A stretch of DNA of 64,000 nucleotides from Eubacteriales bacterium (GTDB lineage: Bacteria; Bacillota; Clostridia; Oscillospirales; JAAYXM01): positions 2,024-66,023 of the forward strand of contig JAZQFJ010000045.1 of assembly GCA_045539475.1 (NCBI GenBank), in the 5' to 3' direction. Made by a program: the position numbers and the translations under genes. The number at the start of each line of letters is the position of its first letter. Within the stretch, counting starts at the first letter, position 1. Below are positions 36,883 to 44,798 of the stretch, in pieces. A model generated the notes under the pieces. That model worked only from the letters and a program-made list of their open reading frames with translations. It was not told the origin of the DNA and did no database searches.

Positions 36883-38037
36883 ATGGATAAGGTAAGACTT
36901 GGTATTATCGGTTATGGTAATATGGGCAACCCTGTTACAAAATGGGTTGTCAAGGATAAGAACTGCCCTGAGATTGAAGTCACTGCTATCTGCGATTGGG
37001 ATGAAAAGCGCATCGAGACCGCAAAGAAGGATTACGCAGACTATGATTTCAAGTATTTCTCCGATGCAGAAGAAATGATGAAGGCAGGCGTTGTAGATGC
37101 AGTTTACATCGCGGTTCCCCACTACGACCATCCGGTTCTTGCACAGAAGGCATTCGCTCTCGGCATTCACGTCATGCTTGAAAAGCCCGCCGGTGTTTAC
37201 ACTAAGGCTATCCGCGAAATGAATGCTGCAGCGGAGCGCGCAGGCGTTAAGTTTGGTATGATGTTCCAGCAGAGAACACGTCCGATGTACCAGAAGGCAA
37301 AGGAAATCCTTTCTTCCGGTGTTTACGGTCAGATCAGAAGCGTAAACTGGCTTATCACGACCTGGTTCCGTTCACAGCAGTATTATAATTCCGGTTCATG
37401 GCGTGCAACCTGGGCAGGCGAAGGCGGCGGCGTTCTCCTCAACCAGTGCCCGCATCAGCTTGACCTTCTCGCATGGCTCTGCGGTATGCCGGAAGAAATT
37501 TACGCAAAGTGCTCTGTTGCCCAATGGCACGATGTTGAGATTGAAGACGATGTTATTGCAACCCTTAAATACAAGAATGGCGCAATGGGAAGCTTTATCA
37601 CATCAACAGGTATCAATCCGGGTACTAACCGCCTTGAAATTGCACTTGACAAAGGCACTATGATTGTTGAAAACGATAAGGTTACCATCAACGAGCTCAG
37701 TATGAGCCTTGCTGATTACACAGGCATCAACCAACCGCCGCTTCAGATAACAAAAATCAACTATGAATTCCCCGAAAACAAAGCTCCGGGGCATGCAATT
37801 ATGCTTAATTCCTTCGCAGGCGCAATTCTCCGTGGCGAGGAAATGTATGCGGGTGCCGAGGACGGTCTCAATGAGCTTACTCTCTCCAACGCAATGTATC
37901 TCTCCTCCTGGACTGATTCCACAATCAAGCTTCCGATGAATGAGGATCTCTTCTATGAAGAGCTTAAAAAGCGCATTGCAACATCTAAGCACAAGACTGT
38001 TGAGGCTCAGGCAATCGACGCATCAAGCATGTTCTAA
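36883..38037 (+). CDS. Gfo/Idh/MocA-family NAD(P)-dependent oxidoreductase
   Basis: Rossmann N-terminus VRLGIIGYGNMG and EKP motif (MLEKPAG). Confidence 0.85.
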   Translation: MDKVRLGIIGYGNMGNPVTKWVVKDKNCPEIEVTAICDWDEKRIETAKKDYADYDFKYFSDAEEMMKAGVVDAVYIAVPHYDHPVLAQKAFALGIHVMLEKPAGVYTKAIREMNAAAERAGVKFGMMFQQRTRPMYQKAKEILSSGVYGQIRSVNWLITTWFRSQQYYNSGSWRATWAGEGGGVLLNQCPHQLDLLAWLCGMPEEIYAKCSVAQWHDVEIEDDVIATLKYKNGAMGSFITSTGINPGTNRLEIALDKGTMIVENDKVTINELSMSLADYTGINQPPLQITKINYEFPENKAPGHAIMLNSFAGAILRGEEMYAGAEDGLNELTLSNAMYLSSWTDSTIKLPMNEDLFYEELKKRIATSKHKTVEAQAIDASSMF

Positions 38038-38216
38038 TCCAAATCGGATAATTTTAATAAGCTTTCTCATCATTCACCATAAGAAGAGGGCGTGCGGATC
38101 CATTCCGTGCGCTCTCTTCGCAATTTTTGCCGTAATTTTGTTGATATTGCTCACAACCATCTTGAAAACCAACTCTTTGTATGATACAATATTTTTATAA
38201 GGAGATGTATAATAAA

Positions 38217-38762
38217 ATGTATGAAGATGTAAAAAACGCTCTGCACACTGCGGCACAAGAGCTTATTGAAAATGCAGAGCTTTCCCATGGCGATATTGTT
38301 GCCGTAGGCTGTTCCACCAGCGAGGTTATGGGTGAGAAAATCGGCACATCGAGCGTTGCCGAGCTTGGCAAGCTTATCTACGATTCCCTTGCAGAGGTAT
38401 TCTCCCCTGCCGGGATTTACATTGCGGCACAGTGCTGTGAGCATTTAAACCGCGCTATTATTATAGAGCGCGAAGCGGCAAAAGGCGCATACATATGCAA
38501 TGCCGTTCCTCAGCCGAAGGCAGGCGGCTCTTTTGCAACCGCGGCATACGGCGCAATGCGCGATCCGGTCGCACTTGAGAGCATATCCGCCGATGCGGGT
38601 ATGGATATCGGCGACACGCTTATCGGTATGCATATACGTCCCGTTGTTGTTCCCTGCCGTCTGTCGGTCAAAAATATCGGCGCGGCACACCTTGTCTGCG
38701 CGCGAAGCCGTGCGAAATTTATCGGCGGTGAGCGAGCACATTACGACGACAATCTTAAATAA
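38217..38762 (+). CDS. TIGR01440/UPF0340-family protein (YwlG-like)
   Basis: VAVGCSTSEVMGEKIGT and AAQCCEHLNRAII match what I remember of the family. Confidence 0.6.
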   Translation: MYEDVKNALHTAAQELIENAELSHGDIVAVGCSTSEVMGEKIGTSSVAELGKLIYDSLAEVFSPAGIYIAAQCCEHLNRAIIIEREAAKGAYICNAVPQPKAGGSFATAAYGAMRDPVALESISADAGMDIGDTLIGMHIRPVVVPCRLSVKNIGAAHLVCARSRAKFIGGERAHYDDNLK

Positions 38763-38870
38763 CTTTATTTTACAAAAAAGGAATGTAAAAATTTATCTCC
38801 ACGTTTTTCCTTACATAAAAATCCCTTGAATGTAAACAATAGTGTTATAACATCAAAACAAAAAGGGGAT

Positions 38871-40721
38871 TTATATAATGAAAGCTACAGGTATTGTACG
38901 CCGTATAGACGATCTCGGGCGTGTCGTTATTCCGAAGGAAATCCGTCGCACAATGCGTATTCGTGAGGGCGACCCCTTGCTGACAACATTGACAGTATAA
39001 GCCTTTGCCCTCCGGTTACGCACCTTTTGAGCATATTCGGCGTTATATGAGATACCTATACTGTCAAACTGAAAATTTACAAGCGCCTCACGGTTCGGGA
39101 GCTTTCCGGTTTTCAAGAGGCTATCTATATCTGCTTTTAACCGGATATCAACCGTGCCGTTTTCAAACACTTCGATTTTGTCTACGATTAAAGATATATC
39201 CATCTTGGAAAGCTTTTCCTTATTGAGGATATCCTCAAATACATCAAAAACGGTTTTTGAAACACGTGCAATCTCAACGATAGAGCTTCTCTTTTCGATA
39301 TTGTCGCGAAGCTGTGCTTGATAGCCGTAAATTCGATGTGTAATTTCATCCTCAAGCTCTGAGTATGTTTCCTCCAGTATATCCGCATCACCGGGATTTT
39401 TTGCAATATCGCGGATTTTCTGTTTCTTAATTGCTTTTAATTCTTCTTTGGCACCTGTAAGCTGTTTCTCCAAAAGCTTTATTACTGCTTCGCTGTCTTT
39501 TACAGTTTCTGCTTCGCTTGCGATTGTTTTCTCAAGCTCTTCTATCATATCGCTGCAATTCATTTTTACCAGCCTGATATAGTCCTTTAAAACCGAATCA
39601 AGAAAGTCTACTCTTATATGATGTGCAGTGCATGCTTTAAGACCTCGCTTATGATATGTTCCGCAAATATATGAAGGAGCGAGATTCGGACGGCTTCTGC
39701 TGAACATAGGTTCTCCGCAGTCACCGCAAAAAAGATATCCGGTGTACGGAGTTTCGTATTTTTTCACTCCGCGGTAATGGGATTTGGTCCGCTTTTCAAG
39801 CAGTTCCTGCGTATACATAAAAAGCTTGTCATCTATTATTGCCTTATGATGCTTCTCAATTACAATATGCTCGTTCTCATCAACTCTTGTATCTTTACCT
39901 TTAATTGATTTGCGCGTGTACTTGTGTCCTCTGAAGGTTCCTATATAGTAATCGTTGCGTAAGATAGTCTGAACAGAAACAATGCTCCACGCTTTTTTCA
40001 CCGTTCTGTTATAATCCCGCTCAGATTCCTCCGCACGCTCTTTTTCTTTCATCCTCGGCGTGGGGATTTTCTTATCTGTGAGATAGTTTGCTATCTTCAT
40101 ATAACCCCAGCCTTCTTCAGAATAAAGGCGGAAAATTTCTTTTATAACCTCAACCTCATCGGCAACGGGTTCAACAAGATTTTTCTTCTGGTTTTTGATT
40201 ATATATCCATACGGTACGGCGCAAAGCCACTCCCCCGCCTGTTGTTTCATATCAATAACGCCACGGACCTTTTTACTCGTTTCCGTAACCGGCATTTCAT
40301 TGAACAAAAAGCGTATGGCAATGTTCGTCCATTCATCGTTTGTCGGATAGTCAATGCTGTCCATTATGCTGATAATACGGACGTCCCTATCCCTCATTTT
40401 TTCAAGCTCGTGAAGGCCAAGGCTCGTTCTTCTCGAAAAACGAGAAAAATCCTTGACGATCAAAATTTTTGACTTGCCGCTAAGAAGCCTTTCCCGCAGC
40501 ACCATATAATTCTCACGTTCTTCAAAGGTATATCCCGAGCGGTCTCGGTCAACATATTCTCTTACTGTGCACTTAGGAAAACGCTGTTGTATGAATGTGT
40601 TTATTATTTTAAGCTGGTTTTCAATGGATGTATTGGAATCGCTCTCGCGCTCTGTATCAACCGAAATTCGCGCATATACGGATATCTCCTCCGTAAGCTC
40701 ACAATCGGGAGTTTTGACCAT
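38871..40721 (-). CDS. Large serine recombinase (resolvase/invertase N-domain, recombinase domain, zinc ribbon, coiled coil)
   Basis: VYARISVD...IENQ...DRDRSGYTFEER...LIVKDFSRFSRR, zinc ribbon CGDCGEPM...C, and a long helical region. ATG 40721 follows AAGGCGGTG. The last ~35 codons are antisense to the spoVT fragment. Confidence 0.9.
   Translation of the reverse strand: MVKTPDCELTEEISVYARISVDTERESDSNTSIENQLKIINTFIQQRFPKCTVREYVDRDRSGYTFEERENYMVLRERLLSGKSKILIVKDFSRFSRRTSLGLHELEKMRDRDVRIISIMDSIDYPTNDEWTNIAIRFLFNEMPVTETSKKVRGVIDMKQQAGEWLCAVPYGYIIKNQKKNLVEPVADEVEVIKEIFRLYSEEGWGYMKIANYLTDKKIPTPRMKEKERAEESERDYNRTVKKAWSIVSVQTILRNDYYIGTFRGHKYTRKSIKGKDTRVDENEHIVIEKHHKAIIDDKLFMYTQELLEKRTKSHYRGVKKYETPYTGYLFCGDCGEPMFSRSRPNLAPSYICGTYHKRGLKACTAHHIRVDFLDSVLKDYIRLVKMNCSDMIEELEKTIASEAETVKDSEAVIKLLEKQLTGAKEELKAIKKQKIRDIAKNPGDADILEETYSELEDEITHRIYGYQAQLRDNIEKRSSIVEIARVSKTVFDVFEDILNKEKLSKMDISLIVDKIEVFENGTVDIRLKADIDSLLKTGKLPNREALVNFQFDSIGISYNAEYAQKVRNRRAKAYTVNVVSKGSPSRIRIVRRISFGITTRPRSSIRRTIPVAFII
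38878..38979 (+). pseudogene. spoVT: 5' fragment (34 codons) of a spoVT-type AbrB-fold regulator gene, interrupted
   Basis: Too short for the ORF track. RBS aaaagggga then ATG, encoding MKATGIVRRIDDLGRVVIPKEIRRTMRIREGDPL. The family continuation (EIF...) is replaced by LTTLTV-stop (TAA 38998-39000). Confidence 0.75.
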
Positions 40722-40783
40722 ATTATCACACCGCCTTTTAGACTTTCTTATAACATTGTAACACATTTAACCGCCAAGGTCAA
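38980..40783 (-). mobile_element. Left-end module of an integrated element (junction in spoVT, recombinase and its promoter). The right boundary is not identified within the window.
   Basis: spoVT homology is lost abruptly at 38979/38980. The recombinase gene abuts the junction, and this segment is visibly AT-richer than the flanks. Confidence 0.55.
40755..40783 (-). promoter_or_regulatory. Promoter of the serine recombinase gene
   Basis: Minus strand: TTGACC, 17 nt, TACAAT, about 30 nt before the RBS. Confidence 0.55.
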
Positions 40784-41032
40784 GAAAATCTGTTGTAACT
40801 AATCCTTAGGAGTATGTTGCACAGCTTTTGGGTTAAATTTAACTACGAATGAACAATCCCCGTAACCCTTGATATTCCAAGGTTTTATCGGGGATTGTCT
40901 TGTTAATTTGTACTTTTTGTTTTTAGGCTGTTTTACCGCTTCAATTATTGGTTTTATAAATCCACTTTGCCAGCAAGCATTGCGAAAATGCATAAAGCTA
41001 CGCTCTTCACGGAAGTTTACATATGCTTAAAA

Positions 41033-42610
41033 TCACTTCTTAAAGCAGCGATCTGCAATGCGTCTCATATTTCCGCCAAGAATTTTCTTTTTATCCTCAA
41101 CAGATACGTTTGCAAAAGCAACCCATCCAAGCTGCGGACGAGGATCGCGCATCGGAGCATCCGTTCCATACAGCGTTTTGCTTGCAAGACCTTCCTCGCA
41201 AAGATACTCTATGACGCCTTCCGGAACGCTTGTAAACGTAAGTTGGAGATACACATTGTCATACTTCTTGGCAAGCACAGCATAGCTCTCTGCGCAAGCA
41301 AAGCTTCGTCCTGCATGGTCAAGGAAGAATGAAATATTCGGATACTTCTCGGCGAGTTCTTCCATGTCTGAAAGGTATGTGGGATATCCACCGCTGTCCA
41401 TAAGCGCAAAAAGGTGATTTTCATTTGCAATCTTAAGCCATGGTTCATACACTGGGTCGTTATATCTTACCCCTGTTCTTGAATAGAACATCTTCATTGC
41501 CGGCATCTTCTCTTCAATATGGTAGTGGTATGCCTCTTTCTCTATATCCTCCACATAGTTCGGATCAATGAGGACATACGGATAAACTCGCTTATCTCGT
41601 TTTGCCATATCTGAAACGAGAAGATTTCCCGCTTCGCTGTCTGTCCATATACCAAGCCACGGTGCCACGCAGTATTCATCAACACCCATTATATCGGAAA
41701 GCATTGACATGTGCTGAAGGTCTCCGTCAACCATAGAAAATCCTCCGCCACAGTTTCCGCCATTCTCAAGAAAATGTGCGTGTGAGTCAAACACAGGTGC
41801 GCTTATCGGCTTGCCCTCTGATGCTTCAACTGCAATTTCATCATTCTGCACCTCAACCTCGGTAGGTAAAGGAATGTTACAAAGCCTTGCAAGGTTTCCA
41901 CCTGCCATAAGTTGCTTTTCCTCATCGCTTATTTGAGCATAATCGATAAACGCACGTGCAGCACCCGGACACATCAGCGGAAGCCCGCTTCCCATACACA
42001 CACGCTCTGCTCCAAATTCCTTTGCTATGATTTCTACCGCAAAATTTGCCTGCATACTCGAAAGGTCAGTATACAGGTTGGGGTATTTTCTGAGATATGC
42101 AGCAAGGTTATGGAAATCAGACCACGCCGTTCCCTGAAGCAGAACATTAAGTTGCTTATGATTTGAAAGAATTGCAGAAAGCTCATCCCAGCTAATCTGT
42201 AGCTTGTCAATGAGAAGCGGTATTCCATCCTCTTCAAGTACACTGTAATATTCTCCCATCACATCCTCACACGGAGAGAAAATATGCGTTTTCGGGAACA
42301 TTTTTACCGCAACCATATTCTTACTTTTCATATCAGAAACAAATTCATCCGGCTTTAAGAAACTTCCTGTATATCCCGGGGCAATTACATAGCAACCATA
42401 GAAGCGACTGTGCTTTGAAAGCTCCTCCGCAAGGCGCTCGTTTCCGTAGGCGGGCGCGTAGTCGCGCGCCCATCCCGAATACACAAGCGCTCCAGCTATC
42501 CCTGCTCTATCCATTGCGGCAAGTATATCCTCGCTCTTCCATATTTCCCGATGGTCTTTAAGCCCACGTTTCCCTATACATACGTTTGAATCGAAATATA
42601 TCAGTGACAT
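41033..42610 (-). CDS. Amidohydrolase-fold protein with two metal-dependent hydrolase-like halves
   Basis: Two half-repeats start IYFDSNVCIG and VFDSHAHFLE. GAGGTG RBS before ATG 42610; the ORF track starts at GTG 42622. Confidence 0.55.
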   Translation of the reverse strand: MSLIYFDSNVCIGKRGLKDHREIWKSEDILAAMDRAGIAGALVYSGWARDYAPAYGNERLAEELSKHSRFYGCYVIAPGYTGSFLKPDEFVSDMKSKNMVAVKMFPKTHIFSPCEDVMGEYYSVLEEDGIPLLIDKLQISWDELSAILSNHKQLNVLLQGTAWSDFHNLAAYLRKYPNLYTDLSSMQANFAVEIIAKEFGAERVCMGSGLPLMCPGAARAFIDYAQISDEEKQLMAGGNLARLCNIPLPTEVEVQNDEIAVEASEGKPISAPVFDSHAHFLENGGNCGGGFSMVDGDLQHMSMLSDIMGVDEYCVAPWLGIWTDSEAGNLLVSDMAKRDKRVYPYVLIDPNYVEDIEKEAYHYHIEEKMPAMKMFYSRTGVRYNDPVYEPWLKIANENHLFALMDSGGYPTYLSDMEELAEKYPNISFFLDHAGRSFACAESYAVLAKKYDNVYLQLTFTSVPEGVIEYLCEEGLASKTLYGTDAPMRDPRPQLGWVAFANVSVEDKKKILGGNMRRIADRCFKK

Positions 42611-42618
42611 TTTAGTTT

Positions 42619-43335
42619 TCACCTCATCATTGTTTCAACAAGAGATGTTGCAAAAAGGTTATGCAGTTCCCTCGTCGGGTGATTTAATTTGTTTGACAAA
42701 AGCTCCGTCACATTGACACCGAGTTCTGCCATTCTCTTCCACTTTGCATAAACATCGCATACGGGAACATTCTCCTCCTCGCAGAGCGTTCTTGCCGCAT
42801 CCATATAGCGATCGAGCACACCGCGCCTTTGCCGGTCAGAAAGCTTTTCCGCAAGCTCAATAAAATCGGGGTGAATCGTTTCACTCACATTTTCCGCAAG
42901 CATACACGGCGTCATAAAGATTATCTCACTTTCCACTTCACGAAGACAACGGAAAATCTCGCGAAGGCTCTCTACATATTCAGCAAGTCCCTCGTCCTCT
43001 TTTCCGCAATCATTTAAGCCGAAGCAGACGACTGTGAGATCCGGATTTTTTGAAAGGACATCACGTTCTATACGAGAAAGTCCATATGCTGCCCCCGTTC
43101 CCGCAACGCCTGCATTGATGATATTAAGCGGCACTGTCGGAAAAAGAACACCGAGGATTTCCGAAACCTTTTTGTGATAGACGCTTTCGCGGTCAAAAAC
43201 ATTGTCATGTCCGCCGCTTCTTCTCGGAATAAGCTCAAAGCAACCTTCAGTCACGCTGTCACCGAAAAAAGCTATCGTCGGACGGGGATTGTTTGCATCC
43301 TGCGCCTTTTTTGCAATTTTTCCTATTATTTTCAT
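42619..43335 (-). CDS. SGNH/GDSL-family hydrolase (esterase)
   Basis: Block I IAFFGDSVTEG and block III GLNDCG. ATGA overlap with the upstream gene. Confidence 0.8.
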   Translation of the reverse strand: MKIIGKIAKKAQDANNPRPTIAFFGDSVTEGCFELIPRRSGGHDNVFDRESVYHKKVSEILGVLFPTVPLNIINAGVAGTGAAYGLSRIERDVLSKNPDLTVVCFGLNDCGKEDEGLAEYVESLREIFRCLREVESEIIFMTPCMLAENVSETIHPDFIELAEKLSDRQRRGVLDRYMDAARTLCEEENVPVCDVYAKWKRMAELGVNVTELLSNKLNHPTRELHNLFATSLVETMMR

Positions 43336-44189
43336 TTTATTATCTCTCCCAAAAACTTATCGGCAAACCATTCCTGCACCTTAGCTACATAATGCGCACG
43401 GTCGGACGCGAGAACACCATAGCACAAATTGTCGTTTTCATCCCAATAGAGGCAGTCGCGCGGATCAACGAGCTTTGCACCAATGCGTTTTGCCTGACGT
43501 ACAATTTCTTCGTTTATGATATCCTCGCTCTCAAGCGGGAGATTAAAACGTTCAAGTCCACCGCGAACAACTATCTTATAAAGATATGTCGGAACATCTC
43601 CGCCCATAGACTCACGCATAACATCGAAGTGATAATCATAACGCTCTTGAAAATCATCCCGGAGGTATGCTTCATGCCAAACCTCCTGTTCGCAACCGAG
43701 CCAGTGCCATCCGATAACCTCGGGATTCTTGCCTGCATCGGTCAGGTTCTTCATAACAAGGCGGTTTATATGCAGTGCGAGCGGGAGAAGCGAAATATCC
43801 GCTTCTCCGAGTATACCGGGCTTTATTACCGGTTCTTTGTCGCGGTTCCACATTCCGTTGATTATACCCTGACTTCCGATTGAAATCTGAACGATATAGA
43901 GGTCGGGCAACTTCTTTCCGGAATCAATCGCCGCCTGCCACTTCTTTGCGATGAAATATGCAAGACTTGCCGTGTGGTCCTGGCTTTCACCGAGATTCTT
44001 GCCCATACTTGTCCACCCGCTCCACGTAACGTCCGTTATATCAAGCGACTGGTTAGGATTTCTGTCAAGGCCGAATACATTTCTCATCGGTGTAAGCACC
44101 TTGTCCTCTTCGGAAAGAAACTGCTGGTGCGCCGTTGCATTAGACTGACCGTTTATAAAAAGCACGGCAGCTTTTGTGTTTTTGTTCAC
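43332..44189 (-). CDS. SASA/DUF303-like carbohydrate esterase (sialate O-acetylesterase-like)
   Basis: N-terminal LFINGQSNA (GQSN motif). GTG start 7 nt after AAGGAG. Confidence 0.5.
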   Translation of the reverse strand: MNKNTKAAVLFINGQSNATAHQQFLSEEDKVLTPMRNVFGLDRNPNQSLDITDVTWSGWTSMGKNLGESQDHTASLAYFIAKKWQAAIDSGKKLPDLYIVQISIGSQGIINGMWNRDKEPVIKPGILGEADISLLPLALHINRLVMKNLTDAGKNPEVIGWHWLGCEQEVWHEAYLRDDFQERYDYHFDVMRESMGGDVPTYLYKIVVRGGLERFNLPLESEDIINEEIVRQAKRIGAKLVDPRDCLYWDENDNLCYGVLASDRAHYVAKVQEWFADKFLGEIIK

Positions 44190-44200
44190 ACTGATACTCC

Positions 44201-44773
44201 TTATTCGGGCTTGGTTTCAAGCTTTAACGGGAAATCGCCGAGCTTATTTACCTTGAAGCCGTTTTTCTTATACTCTTCATAGTCAAATGCCTCAAGCTCG
44301 TCAATTGCAAGCTTATGGAACTCATAAAAATTCTTCCACCATTCATAGCCTGAGCCAAGTTCTGCATTAAGATATGCATCTGCAATATCACAGCCCATTG
44401 CCGGAGCAACATAAAAAGCACCCATAGCAAGAACGTTTACGCCGTTGCCCGTGATTGCGCGCAGTGCTGCAGGAACGCTCTCAACAACGCCTGCATGAAC
44501 GTGCGGGCATTTGCTTGCAGCGATATGGATACCCATACCTGTGCCGCAGAAGAGCAGTGCACGCTCAAACTCGCCCTCGCTTATCATTGAGCCGACGCGA
44601 AGACCGACTCTATGGAACATAAGGTCTGTATCATTCGGGTCGGAATCTTCTCTTACGCCTACGTCAGTTATCTTCCAGCCCTTTGCCTTAAGATGCGCAA
44701 CAACCGCTTCTTTAAGCGGGAATCCTGCAAAGTCTGCGCCCACAACAAGATATTTGTCTTTAACCAGTTTCAT
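44201..44773 (-). CDS. RpiB/LacA/LacB-family sugar-phosphate isomerase with C-terminal extension
   Basis: LFCGTGMGIHIAASKCPHVHAGV. GAGGAG RBS. Confidence 0.7.
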   Translation of the reverse strand: MKLVKDKYLVVGADFAGFPLKEAVVAHLKAKGWKITDVGVREDSDPNDTDLMFHRVGLRVGSMISEGEFERALLFCGTGMGIHIAASKCPHVHAGVVESVPAALRAITGNGVNVLAMGAFYVAPAMGCDIADAYLNAELGSGYEWWKNFYEFHKLAIDELEAFDYEEYKKNGFKVNKLGDFPLKLETKPE

Positions 44774-44798
44774 AATTCATTACTCCTCTATAAAAATT

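Noticed and set aside
40799-40993. 64-aa minus-strand ORF upstream of the recombinase, considered as an excisionase or directionality factor
   Set aside because: It has no convincing RBS. The nested hairpin at 40853-40898 lies inside it, and I recognise no HTH or RDF-like features.
40967-41332. Plus-strand ORF after the recombinase, checked as a possible resumed spoVT 3' part
   Set aside because: The translation (…EVYICLKSLLKAAICNASH…) bears no resemblance to SpoVT after residue 34. It is antisense to the amidohydrolase gene.
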